Below, one piece after another: positions 24,375-36,904 of a DNA stretch of 64,000 nt. The position numbers and the translations under genes are program-made. The stretch comes from Mustelus asterias (taxonomy: Eukaryota): the NCBI RefSeq assembly GCF_964213995.1, contig NC_135819.1, positions 7,502,001 to 7,566,000 on the forward strand, read 5' to 3'. The notes beneath the pieces were generated by a model that ran no database searches, had not been told where the DNA came from, and worked only from the letters and a program-made list of their open reading frames with translations. The number at the start of each line of letters is the position of its first letter. The stretch's first letter is position 1.

Positions 24375-26302
24375 GTAAGAAGTTTAACAACACCAGGTTA
24401 AAGTCCAACAGGTTTATTTGGTAGCAAAAGCCACACAAGCTTTCGGAGCTCCAAGCCCCTTCTTCAGGCGAGTGGGAATTCTGTTCACAAACAGAGCATA
24501 TAAAGACACAAACTCAATTTACATGAATAATGGTTGGAATGCGAATACTTACAACTAATCAAGTCTTTAAGAAACAAAACAACATGAGTGGAGAGAGCAT
24601 CAAGACAGGCTAAAAAGATGTGTATTGTCTCCAGACAAGACAGCCAGTGAAACTCTGTGGGGGTTACAAATAGTGGGACATGAACCCAATATCCCGGTTG
24701 AGGCGGTCCTCGTGTGTGCGGAACTTGGCTATCAGTTTCTGCTCAGCGACTCTGCGCCGTTGTGTGTCGCGAAGGCCGCCTTGGAGAACGCTTACCCGAA
24801 TATCAGGGGCCGAATGCCCGTGACCGCTGAAGTGCTCCCCAACAGGAAGAGAACAGTCTTGCCTGGTGATTGTCGAGCGGTGTTCATTCATCCGTTGTCG
24901 CAGCGTCTGCATAGTTTCCCCAATGTACCATGCCTCGGGACATCCTTTCTTGCAGCGTATCAGGTAGACAACGTTGGCCGAGTTGCAAGAGTATGTACCG
25001 TGTACCTGGTGGATGGTGTTCTCACGTGAGATGATGGCATCTGTGTCGATGATCCGGCACGTCTTGCAGAGGTTGCTGTGGCAGGGTTGTGTGGTGTCGT
25101 GGTCACTATTCTCCTGAAGGCTGGGTAGTTTGCTGCGGACAATGGTCTGTTTGAGGTTGTGCGGTTGTTTGAAGGCAAGAAGTGTGGGTGTGGGGATGGC
25201 CTTGGCGAGATGTTCGTCTTCATCAATGACATGTTGAAGGCTCCGGAGGAGATGCCGTAGCTTCTCCGCTCCGGGGAAGTACTGGACGACGAAGGGTACT
25301 CTGTCCACTGTGTCCCGTGTTTGTCTTCTGAGGAGGTCGGTGCGGTTTTTCGCTGTGGCGCGTTGGAACTGTTGATCAATGAGTCGAGCGCCATATCCTG
25401 TTCTTATGAGGGCATCTTTCAGCGTCTGGAGGTGTCTGTTGCGATCCTCCTCATCCGAGCAGATCCTGTGTATTCGGAGGGCTTGTCCGTAGGGGATGGC
25501 TTCTTTAACGTGTTTAGGGTGGAAGCTGGAGAAGTGGAGCATCGTGAGGTTATCCGTGGGCTTGCGGTACAGTGAGGTGCTGAGGTGACCGTCCTTAATG
25601 GAGATGCGTGTGTCCAAGAATGCAACCGATTCCGGAGAGTAGTCTATGGTGAGTCTGATGGTGGGATGGAACTTGTTGATGTCATCATAGAGTTGTTTCA
25701 GTGATTGTTCACCATGAGTCCAAAGGAAGAAAATGTCATCGATGTATCTAGTGTATAGCATCGGTTGAAGGTCCCGTGCTGTGAAGAGCACTTGGGGAGC
25801 ACTTCAGCGGTCACGGGCATTCGGCCTCTGATATTCGGGTAAGCGTTCTCCAAGGCGGCCTTCGCGACACACGACGGCGCAGAGTCGCTGAGCAGAAACT
25901 GATAGCCAAGTTCCGCACACACGAGGACGGCCTCAACCGGGATATTGGGTTCATGTCCCACTATTTGTAACCCCCACAGAGTTTCACTGGCTGTCTTGTC
26001 TGGAGACAATACACATCCTTTTAGCCTGTCTTGATGCTCTCTCCACTCATGTTGTTTTGTTTCTTAAAGACTTGATTAGTTGTAAGTATTCGCATTCCAA
26101 CCATTATTCATGTAAATTGAGTCTGTGTCTTTATATGCTCTGTTTGTGAGCAGAATTCCCACTCACCTGAAGAAGGGGCTTGCAGCTCCGAAAGCTTGTG
26201 TGGCTTTTGCTACCAAATAAACCTGTTGGACTTTAACCTGGTGTTGTTAAACTTCTTACTGTGTTTACCCCAGTCCAACGCCGGCATCTCCACATCATGA
26301 CT
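24375..26302 (-). mobile_element. Penelope-like element with inverted terminal pLTR
   Basis: ORF 24664..25791 has RT YIDD and GIY-YIG (NVVYLIRC..YIGET). 25790-26260 is an inverted copy of the left end. 13-bp TSD gtagtagaatatt at 24362-24374 and 26303-26315. Confidence 0.92.
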
Positions 26303-26694
26303 GTAGTAGAATATTACCAGGGCTCATAGCCTTCACAGCATCCAATGCCTTCAGCCTTTTTTGATATCACAAAAGGTTGATACAATGAGCATAAGATACT
26401 AATCTGAATATTTTATTCATTGTTTTAAATAATTCCAGTGTGTGTTCTGGATTACTAAGGAGCAGCTTGATCTAATATGATGGGCTGTGCACTCCCAGCA
26501 CCATACTGGACCGGAGGTACCTGTTTTGCAACATTGAGTTTCTCGGCCTTGGTTTCTGGACAGACTGTGGAATGTGTCCCACACTGACACGGCTGGAATT
26601 GGGAACTCACTGGTAATGGGCTTGAACTTGTGTCCCATCACTGCTGCTTCTCCAAACACCTTCGTTTTCATACTATTTCACATTTCTTTTCCAG

Positions 26695-26976
26695 ATAAAC
26701 CAGGAAACACAACCATTTCAGTAAATGACAAAACTGTGTCAGGATTTCCAGTAAATGTCAGTAAAGGTGATGAGGTTACACTGATCTGCAATTCCAATGG
26801 AAATCCCACACCTACATTAAAATGGGAAGATCCCAGTAATGGCAGCAACGTCGAGATTGCTCCTCCTGGAATTCTCCATATTCCCCACGCAACATCAGGA
26901 CATCAAGGAATTTATAAATGTACAGCTACCAATCCATATGGAATTGATGAGAAGGAAGTGGACATCAGGGTCACAG
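26695..26976 (+). CDS. ICAM/VCAM-like gene, I-set/C2 Ig exon, copy A
   Basis: Acceptor ttttccag, donor gtcagt, 282 nt, phase 1-1. Motifs GDEVTLICNSNGNPTP..W..GIYKCTATNPYG. Confidence 0.88.
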
Positions 26977-27147
26977 GTCAGTTTGTAATATTGATCAGAA
27001 TTCAAAGGATAAATAATTAATCTTTGGAGGATTGAAAAATCAGTTCAGTTCCTCCCATTAAATCCTGAATGTCCATTGGTTTGTGAAATTGTGTTATTTA
27101 TTTATTTTGTTTAAGTTTCCTGTTCCACTCCATCCTTGCTGATGAAG

Positions 27148-27493
27148 GGTAGCAAGCTGGCACAGTGGTTAGCACTGCTGCCTCACAATGCCAAGGACCT
27201 GGGCTCGATTCTGGCCTTGGGTGACTCTCCATGTGGGGTTTGCATGTTCACCCCCTGTCTGTGTGGGTTTCCTCCGGGTTCCTCAAACTGTCAAAGGATG
27301 TGCAGATTAGGTGGATTGGGCATGCTAAACTGCCCCTTTGTGTCCAAAGAAGTGTAGGTTAGGTGGACTAGCCATGGTAAATGCATGGGGTTAAGACGAT
27401 AGCGCAGAGGAAGGGACTGGCAGGGATGCTCTTTCGGAGAATCGGTGCAGACTCGATGGGCCAAATGGCCTCTTTCAGAACTGTGGGGATTCA
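27148..27493 (+). mobile_element. HE1-like tRNA SINE
   Basis: Same head and body as 12591. Sits at the junction of the exon duplication. Confidence 0.8.
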
Positions 27494-27572
27494 ATGTCCC
27501 ACACTGACACGGCTGGAATTGGGAACTCACTGGCAATGGGGTTGAACTTGTGTCCCATCACTGCTGCTTCTC

Positions 27573-28184
27573 TGTGGTGAACCATCGTTGGTTCCCACTA
27601 GATAGTACTAAGCCAGGGTCTGGCTAGTACTACAAGTATGTATATATGTTGCTGTTGGGGTTAGGGATGGGTTGTTCTACTTGTTGCTGTTGGGGTTCGG
27701 GTTGGGCTGTTACACCTTGTATTATAGTTATTGTGGTACATCCCAGTCGGGCTCCGCCTCCTGGGAGAGGTATAAAGGTCACTGCTCTGTCTGGGACCCC
27801 TCAGTCTGGGATCGTGTATATAATTACTGGCTTCGTTGTAACAGCAAATAAAATTGATGCGCGTTATCACACACGAGGCTTGAGATGCTCAGGAAATAAA
27901 GGCTTTTATTTGCTGTTACAACGAAGCTACTAATTATATGCACGATCCCAGACTGAGGGGTCCCAGACAGAGCAGTGACCTTTATACCTCTCCCAGGAGG
28001 CGGAGCCCGACTGGGATGCACCATAATAACTATAATACAAGGTGTAACAGCCCAACCCTAACCCCAACAGCAACAAGTAGAACAACCCATCCCTAACCCC
28101 AACAGCAACATATATACATACTTGTAGTACTGGCCAGACCCTGGCTCAGTACTATCTAGTGGGAACCAACGATGGTTCACCACA
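27573..28184. mobile_element. Palindromic double-LTR insertion (281-bp inverted arms, 50-nt spacer)
   Basis: A complete LTR on the minus strand (27855-28184) is joined to an inverted copy truncated after AATAAAA (27573-27853). 5-bp TSD ttctc at 27568-27572 and 28185-28189. The empty site is visible in the duplicate at ~26641-26660. Confidence 0.92.
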
Positions 28185-28228
28185 TTCTCCAAACACCTTT
28201 TTCATATTATTTCACTTTTCTTTTCCAG

Positions 28229-28510
28229 ATAAACCAGGAGACACAACCATTTCAGTAAATAACAAAACTGTGTCAGGATTTCCAGTAAATGTCAGTAAAG
28301 GTGATGAGGTTACACTGATCTGCAATTCCAATGGAAATCCCACACCGACATTAAAATGGGAAGATCCCAGTAATGGCAGCAACGTTAAGATTGCTCCTCC
28401 TGGAATTCTCCGTATTTTCCACGCAACATCAGAACATCAAGGAATTTATAAATGTACAGCTACCAATCCATATGGAATTGATGAGAAGGAAGTGGACATC
28501 AGGGTCACAG
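28229..28510 (+). CDS. ICAM/VCAM-like gene, I-set/C2 Ig exon, copy B (tandem duplicate)
   Basis: About 97% identical to 26695-26976 with the same splice sites and an open frame. Confidence 0.85.
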
Positions 28511-29111
28511 GTCAGTTTGTAATATTGATCAGAATTCAAAGGATAAATAATTAATCTTTTGAGAGAAAAGCAGAAATTGATGGAAAATCTCAGCAGGTCT
28601 GGCAGCGTCTGTGGAGAGTGAAATACAGTTAATGTATCGAATCTGTATCAGTTCTTCAGCTTTTGAGGATTGAAAAAGCATTTCAGTTCCTCCAACCCAA
28701 TCCTGAGTGTCACATTGGTTTAGGAACTTCTCTTTATTCATTGGCTGAGTTTTTACAGCCTTACCCATCCTGAAACCATCAAATCCTGCCCGAGGTCAAC
28801 GGACCTTCCCACACTCCACCCCTCGCCTGCTCCGATTCCCCTGGCAGGTGGGCCGGTAAAATTCCGGCCATTGTGTTGAAGACTCCTGTTCCACTCCATC
28901 CTTGCTGATGAAGAGGCAAATGGACAAACTCGCTGATTCTAACAATGTTGCTCTGTGACTGGCCTCTGGGACATTAGTACAAGTGGTTCAGAGTGACACT
29001 TCCTGTTCCTTTTTGTGTAGAAGCACCTTCCTCCGGCTCTGTGTTTGCCCAGACTGCCCGGGCAGTAACACCGCAAGAGAGGAGGTACAGCTGTGAACCC
29101 ACACGCTGCCA

Positions 29112-29877
29112 GTACACGGGGCAGGGTGTTGGCAGCACAGTGAGCTGTGGTACACGGGGCAGGGTGTTGACAGCTCAGTGAGCTGTGGTACATGGGGCAG
29201 GGTGTTGGCAGCACAGTGAGCTGTGGTACATGGGGCAGGGTGTTGGCAGCTCAGTGAGCTGTGGTACACGGGGCAGGGTGTTGGCAGCTCAGTGAGCTGT
29301 GGTACATGGGGCAGGATGTTGGTAACTCAGTGAGCTGTGGTACACGGGGCAGGGTGTTGGTAACTCAGTGAGCTGTGGTACATGGGGCAGGGTGTTGGTA
29401 ACTCAGTGAGCTGTGGTACATGGGGCAGGGTGTTGGTAACTCAGTGAGCTGTGGTACACGGGGCAGGGTGTTGGTAACTCAGTGAGCTGTGGTACATGGG
29501 GCAGGGTGTTGGTAACTCAGTGAGCTGTGGTACATGGGGCAGGGTGTTGGTAACTCAGTGAGCTGTGGTACACGGGGCAGGGTGTTGGTAACTCAGTGAG
29601 CTGTGGTACACGGGGCAGGGTGTTGGTAACTCAGTGAGCTGTGGTACATGGGGCAGGGTGTTGGTAACTCAGTGAGCTGTGGTACATGGGGCAGGGTGTT
29701 GGTAACTCAGTGAGCTGTGGTACATGGGGCAGGGTGTTGGTAACTCAGTGAGCTGTGGTACATGGGGCAGGGTGTTGGTAACTCAGTGAGCTGTGGTACA
29801 TGGGGCAGGGTGTTGGTAACTCAGTGAGCTGTGGTACATGGGGCAGGGTGTTGGTAACTCAGTGAGCTGTGGTACAT
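29112..29877. repeat. 38-bp minisatellite, ~20 copies (tggtacatggggcagggtgttggtaactcagtgagctg)
   Basis: Directly visible. Early copies carry gcagc and later copies gtaac. Confidence 0.95.
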
Positions 29878-32221
29878 TGTTAGTGTTAGTGAATGCTTTT
29901 CGATGAAAACTGAAAAATGATCCAGATCTCTCATAAAATCAAACTGGAGAGATAAGCAAACGGAGAGGAAGTATCAGTGAAATTTTGGAAAATGCATTCC
30001 TCTACTTGCATTCCTAAGCACTCAAGGTGTTTTACAGAAGCAGTTTTTTTTTTTGTTACTAACCTCATGGTACCAAGCCTTGGATTGGTGACAAAAGCTT
30101 AATCAAAGAAGTAGGTTTTAAAGAAACTGTGAAAGGAGATTGGGAATATTGGAAAGAGGTCATTTCCTAACCATTGCTATTCCTTTTGCTGCAAAGTAAA
30201 ATTTTTCTAGTCCTTGGTCCCAATTTTTGCAATGATTCTGGAGCCTTTTAAACATGGCAGATTGGAGTAAATTCCAAGGATTCCAAACGTCATTCCTGAT
30301 GCCCCTATTTTTGCCGGCAGAGAATAAGGAGAGGGGAGCAAGACTGCATTGTGCACCCCTCCCGACCCGGCCAGCTTTATTTCAGGGGTAAGTAAATCCT
30401 AGCCCACACTGTCAACAAATTTAATGGAGTTGGGCCAACTTATCCATGAGCACCCATGCTCCCCATGAGACATCATGGTCCTCATAAAACTCCATGATCT
30501 CTTTTAGCCTCCATACTAACTCAATGCCAATTCATGGCCCCACCCAAACCCAATGGCCTTTCATACTCTTAGCTCATGCCCTTTCCACGCCCATTGGCCC
30601 AAGATACTCTAATTCATTCACGAGCCCTGGCTCTCAGCCAAGCAGGCATAACAAAGATCAACGAACAGTACAGCACAGGAACAGGCCCTTTGGCCCACCA
30701 AGCCTGTGCCGACATGTCACACCTTTCTAAACTAAAGGCCTTTTCCCTCTACGCAGTCCGTATCCCTCTATTCGCTGCCCATTCATGTATCTGTCAAGAT
30801 GCCTGTTAAATGTTGCTAATGAGGCCATCCACTTCTACTGAAAATTCTTAAACCCTTCCTCATTAGGATTGCTGGGTGAGATGCCAGTTGCATGAATGGA
30901 ATTTTTCAGGAGGATTCTGTTTTGACATGTAGAGAAAATAGTCAACTTTGCTTGATTGACATCTTTAAGTGATTATATTAAGTTATTCTTTCTGTGATCT
31001 CTTTTGTCGATGTCTCAATATTTACTTGCAAAAGCTTATGAACCTTCTGTTATTTATACTTTAAATACCGACAGTTTTATAGCATTGTAGGAACTGCAGT
31101 ATTTTTCCAAAGAAGATTTGTGAATGGTTGTATTCTTTTAACAGGGCAGTTTTACATATGCCAGTTACAGTAGGGTCCATGGATTCTGTACAGAATGTAT
31201 ATTGGATTAATGATCCTAGAAGAGTCATAATTTGGCATGAAGGGTATGAGGGATCAAACTGGGGTGGATGGCAGGCATGAATTGTCATTGAGTTGGTATG
31301 GGAGTCTAAGGGGCCATGGGGAGTGAGGGGTTTGAAAAGTAGGGATGAATGTCTGAATAGCCTTTAATACAACAGGGGCAATATTCCAGAGAACCAATGT
31401 AGGCCTTTTAACCAGCCTTCAGCCACCTCTGCGGTCACTTCTGATCTGCTTCCAGGAGCAGTGGGCCCAATTTTATACCACAGCCCCCCCGGCCTGACAG
31501 AAAATTGCGCCATTCAGGGCTTTTCTACCAAAATCAGTCCAGCAACTTGGGAAATTTCCTGACCTGAGCTACCTGCCTGAGCAGCAAAAGTCCGGGCCCT
31601 GGTATCTTATTTCATGTGCTTTCAACCACATATCCACACCATTACTAAGATCACTATTTTCATCTGTGTAAGGTTGATGGACTGCCTGAATTAGTCTGCT
31701 GCTGAAACCCCCGCTATTCCTTATGGCTGCCATTTTGACTTCTACCCGACATAAACTTGAGGTCATCTGAAACTCACCCACACCAAATCCTGTTCACTCA
31801 TCATCAGAGGTTGTGGAGGAGAATGGATCAAATAAATAAATGAACTAGATGCATCAGAGGGACAAGGAGTGTATGAGCAACTCAGAATGGTCCACGTTGT
31901 GGGCTGGAGTTAAATAAGTTAAAGAATACAACTTGAAATACAGCCAATAGTTGAGAATATGCAGACTTGGGGATTCCATGAAATATATTTATTTATTCTT
32001 TCACGGGATGCTTGTGTCTTTGGCCCAGCCAGCACTTAATGCCCATCCCTTGAGAATGACCTTTGAGAAGGTAGTGCTGAACTGCATTTCTGAACTACTG
32101 CAGTTTACCTGGTAAATATTTTCATATTGTAAATGAGCTATGGATCTTGGAAATTATCAGGAGTTTCAGAATATTTTGCTTTGAAATCAACTGATTTGTA
32201 TTTTTATTCATGTTTTTACAG

Positions 32222-32412
32222 ATGAAATAAAGGCTAGCTGGCCAATTTATGCAACAATCATCATAATCATCTCAATCGTCATCATTTTAATCGCCATGCT
32301 GTCCTGGTGTTTGTACACTGCCAAAAGAAAAGGGATCTATGATGTTACCAGAAATTCACTGGTGTGCAATGGAAATCAGAATACTATCCCTCTGAATAAT
32401 ATGAGCCAATAA
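32222..32412 (+). CDS. ICAM/VCAM-like gene, transmembrane plus cytoplasmic terminal exon
   Basis: Acceptor tttttacag, phase 1. Translates (D)EIKASWPIYATIIIIISIVIILIAMLSWCLYTAKRKGIYDVTRNSLVCNGNQNTIPLNNMSQ*. KRKGIYDV resembles the juxtamembrane GSYxV/L motif of ICAM3/VCAM1. Not in the ORF track. Confidence 0.88.
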
Positions 32413-33238
32413 TACCATGGGACAACAACAAATGCAAACAAATTTAGCCAAAAAGACATTTGGTGATTGTTTAATCAAGAAACTGAAACGACATTTTCCT
32501 TATTGAGTGCAATGACTGTTTGTAGGGTAGAATGTGTTTGGAAATAGAGTTAGGCTGGGGTTCTCCAATGTCGTATGCCACGTCATCACTGCCAGTGAGA
32601 ATGGAGAATTTGGCACTCAGCCATTTGTAGCTGAGGGACCGGACAATCCTAGCAGCGGGTGAGGCTGGAAAATCTGGGCTGTACTTTTTGGTTATTGTTT
32701 GGAATTTTCCACGCTCTGCACAGAGTGTAAAAAAAACACACAGCGTGCAACTTTCTGGATGCACAGCCGAGTCTTCCCGCCGGATAATCCAGCAGTCTGT
32801 GCAGAAACAATTCTGGAGGTGACCCATGCCGTAACACTGGCTGGGCGGGACTGGAAAGAGCCAGCAGCCGGGAATCCCGAATTAAGGGCCCCCCAATCTC
32901 AAAAAGGCAATATAGAAACCGCCCCCCGCCCACTTCAAATCGCACAGGGGAGACTCTCCCCATTGGAAATGGGGGAACTTCACCCCCAGCCCGCCCCCCC
33001 TCACCCCATCTCCTCCATGGACACGGGAAAGCCTCTTTCCACATGCACAAGGGGAACCCTCCCAACCGATAAGGTGAACCCAACCTCCCCACTGGAGCTC
33101 TTTGGCATTGCCAGTGCCAAGGGGCAGTGCTAGGATACTGCCCCATTCATGTCCCTTTCCCCCCGGGGGGGTTAAACCTACTGATGCACCCCCGGGCGAG
33201 TTCCCTTCACCTCGGTTCCCATTTTTATAAAAGCAGTT

Positions 33239-33523
33239 TGTGGTGAACCATTGTTGGAGTGCTGAGCCATGGTCTGGCCAGTACTATGAGTCTGTAGATA
33301 TGTTACTGTTGGGGTTAGGGTTGGGCTGTTCTACCTGTTAATATAGTCCTATGGTACACTCCAGTTGGCTCCGCCTTCCGGGAGAGGTATAAAGGTCACT
33401 GCTCTGCCTGGTGACCCTTTCGTCTGGGATTGTATATTGTATATAGTAGCTCCGTTATTGTTGGCAATAAAAGCCTTTATTTCCCGGGTACATCCAGCCT
33501 CCCGTGTGATTTATCGCGCATCA
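33239..33523 (+). mobile_element. Solo LTR (same family)
   Basis: tgtggtga...cgcgcatca with TATAAA and AATAAA. TSD cagtt at 33234-33238 and 33524-33528. Confidence 0.9.
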
Positions 33524-34917
33524 CAGTTGTAAACCTCACCAATGTGACATCACATCAGCAAAGAGGAAGTTCCTAATGTGGGTGGAACGCATGCTAATTG
33601 TGTTTAAACATATTGAAATGAGGCTTCCAGCCTTCCTCCTCACATCCCAGCAGGGGAGGCACAGGGAGAATCCGGAAACAAGAGCTTGCTGGCAAAATTC
33701 TCGTTTTCTGGGTTTCGCTTTTGCACTCATGGTGAATGGCTATGCAAATTTGTGGCAATGATGTTTGTATTTGTGTGTGTTGCACGTAAGCTGGAGCTTT
33801 AAGATTATGTGTTCCCTTCAAGTTTAAGCTTAGTTTATATTTCTGCAGTTGTGTGTTGAGGCAACTTGAGTTTTAAATTCACTGTAAAGGACTTTAAAGG
33901 AGATGTAAATTTTAATGAGGTTTTAATAACTTTTAGACTAAGGAAAACTATTTTTCTTAGTCTAAAGGGGTCAACAGAGACAGAAAAAAGCAGTTTTAAT
34001 TCAGTTGGAGAAAGACCCAGAAGAAAACACCAGCTCATAGAAACTTCTGGCACAGGCAGGGCATGCAAAGGGACAGAGAACATGTCCCAAACTAAAGAAG
34101 AAAGTTCCAGAAACCAGGGATAGAGAGGATAAAATCCCAAGACAACAGCTAAGTCAAGGAACAAGTACAGGCATTGTGCACAGATCTTGTTCAGTGAAGT
34201 GAAGAGTGAGTTTTAGAGGAAAAGGTCTCCAAGATAAAAGACAAAGTTGCAGAAAGCAAATAGGAAGCAATATAGGCTTGCAAGAAGCCGGAGACGAGAG
34301 AGAGAGCTGAAGGTCTATACCTCCTTACTGTGGACCTGTGAAGCACTAGTGTTCTGTTGACATAATATCTAAGAGATTGCATGGAAGGCAAAGCTGGAAC
34401 ACATGTGGTGGTCCAGAGGACAGGAACATCAGAAGGAGCTGTTGCAACCTTGGAGGTGAATCCTCGACAAAGACATCCAAGAGAAAGTGTTATTTGGGAA
34501 AGAAGTCCAAAGAGAGTTCTTTAAGAGCAACGATTGGAAACCCCTCATGTGAAAGACAGAGTCTCAGTGCAACCAATTGGCTCCTGGTATGACAAGTATC
34601 CGGGGAAGTTGGTGAGAAAGCCATAGCATCTACTTTGGTGCCATCTGTCACAGTTTGCCAGATGGTTTACATGTTCTGTGTACTCACCATGAACATTAGA
34701 GTATAAGCTAAATTGGTACCTTTTGTTATCCTTACAATTTTGTGTGTATATGATAAAGTTATAGTTGTGCATGAAGGAATAGTGTAATATAGTGCTTTCC
34801 TTGTTCAGTAAGTGTTTTACTCTTTTCCCAAAACTACATCAGCAGTCTCTATAACTCTGGTCAGTAGCTGCCCTCTATGTTTGTAAACAAAAATAAAATT
34901 TAATATCGATCAAGCCA

Positions 34918-35243
34918 GGCAGCTCGGTGGCACAGTGGTTTGCACTGCCGCCTCACAGCGCCAGGGACCTGGGTTCAATTCTGGCCTTGCGTCACTGTCT
35001 GTGTGGAGTTTGCATGTTCTCCCCGTGTCTGTGTAGGTTTCCTCCGGGTGCTCTGGTTTCCTCCCACAGTCCAAAGATGTGTGGGTTAGGTGGATTGGCC
35101 ATGCTAAATTAACCCTCAGTGTCAGGGGATTAGCAGGATAATTATGTGGGGTTATGGGGATAGGGCCTGGGTGGGATTGTGGTTGGTGGGCCAAATGGCC
35201 TCCTTCTGCACTGTCGGGATTCTAAGATTCTATTCTATTCTAT
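34918..35243 (+). mobile_element. HE1-like tRNA SINE
   Basis: Head, body and (attct)n tail as in the other copies. Confidence 0.85.
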
Positions 35244-35811
35244 GAAGCAAGAGTGCACCCTGGGATCAACTTGTCCAGTGGTAACATCAGCTGGGGTTCT
35301 AACAAATACCACTTGCCAGAAGCCAGAAAGTCGAGGAGACGATTGATGTACTTTATATGTAATATACTCTCGATTTTGGGGAGTTTAATGAATCATTTGT
35401 TTTTATAAATTATCTTATTTTCACATACTGGAGGATCATCTGAACTCAAACATCTTAGAATCAATGATAGCACAGAGGTACAGTGACACCATTGGCCATT
35501 CAATGTCTTGGGCCTGTCTCCATTCATTTGGATCATGATTGATCTCTACCTTAACTCCATGTACTTGCTTTTGTTCCAATCAGTTACCTATTTCTGTCTT
35601 GATATTTTTTGAGTTGAGCCCCAGCATCCTCAGCCTGTTGGGGTGGTGTTCCATATTTCCCCAACCTTTCTGTGGAAAAGTTACAGGAATTTTCTTTCCA
35701 GCTCACATGAGATTGATTCTATGCTGTCAGCAGGGAACTATTCACAGAGCGAGCGCTGATCAGTAACAGGGCTATAATACTGTCACCCAGTTCTTAGACA
35801 CATGCTACTTA

Positions 35812-36165
35812 GAACATAAGAACATAAGAAATAGGAGCAGGAGTGGGCCATCTAGCCCCTCGAGCCTGCCCCGCCATTCAATAAGATCATGGCTGATCTG
35901 ACGTGGATCAGTACCACTTACCCACCTGATCCCCATAACCCTTAATTCCCTTACCGATCAGGAATCCATCCATCCGCGCTTTAAACATATTCAGCGAGGT
36001 AGCCTCCACCACCTCAGTGGGCAGAGAATTCCAGAGATTCACCACCCTCTGGGAGAAGAAGTTCCTCCTCAACTCTGTCTTAAACCAACCCCCCTTTATT
36101 TTGAGGCTGTGTCCTCTAGTTTTAACTTCCTTACTAAGTGGAAAGAATCTCTCCGCCTCCACCCA
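35812..36165 (-). mobile_element. CR1 3' fragment
   Basis: ORF 35908..36186 encodes TRGHSLKI..FFSQRVVNLWNSLP. Tail (aacataag)n. Confidence 0.85.
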
Positions 36166-36904
36166 CTTAAGAGCTACTCCATTCACTGTATTACAGAATT
36201 ATCCCTTAGGAGAGAAATTTATCTTTAACTAAAATAATTTTTATGTAACTAATGAATGATACCTTAATGGTATACCTACAGTTTTATAAGGACATCTTGT
36301 GGCGCATTGGATAGTGTCCCTGCCTCTGGGTTTGAGTCCCACCCCAGAACTTGAAAGTGTGTTTTTAACACTTTGAGTATTAATCTGCAAAATTCTTCCA
36401 ACACATGCCAATGGCAGGTGGCAAGAGCAGGAGGGACTCCTGGTCAGCTGTGTTTGATGTGGAGTGACGTCCCTCAAGTTATGGTAATGTCGCCATAGTC
36501 CCACATGACCTTCGGCTGATGGTGGTGATTTTAACCTGAGGAGCACCACACCTCCGGCAAGGGGCAAGATTGAGAAGGCATGAATAACCTCAACTGGTAC
36601 GGGAATTGAACCCACGCTGTTGCCATTGCTCTGCATCATGAATCAGGCATCCAACCAACTGAGCTAATCGGCCTCCTCGACCTAAATGCCTCTGGTGACA
36701 GGCTAGCAACCTGTTCCAGGAAAATCTGGCTATGGATCTTGTGCATATAGGTGTGGTGTAGGAAAAGCAACAACAAAATCAATCATTTTGTTATGCATTA
36801 GTTGATTTCTTTTGCCTTCAGACAAAGTGGGATTATAGGGTATTGGATACTTGGACCAAGGCGCACATTCCATTTAAAAGTCATGCCTTCTTTTTTAAAA
36901 TTCA

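Noticed and set aside
27573-28184. DNA-transposon MITE
   Set aside because: The arms are the same sequence as TSD-flanked solo LTRs elsewhere in the window, with TATA and AATAAA.
33750-35304. Possible old long solo LTR ending ...ctaaca, with a hairpin at ~33931-33966
   Set aside because: No 5' boundary or TSD could be identified.
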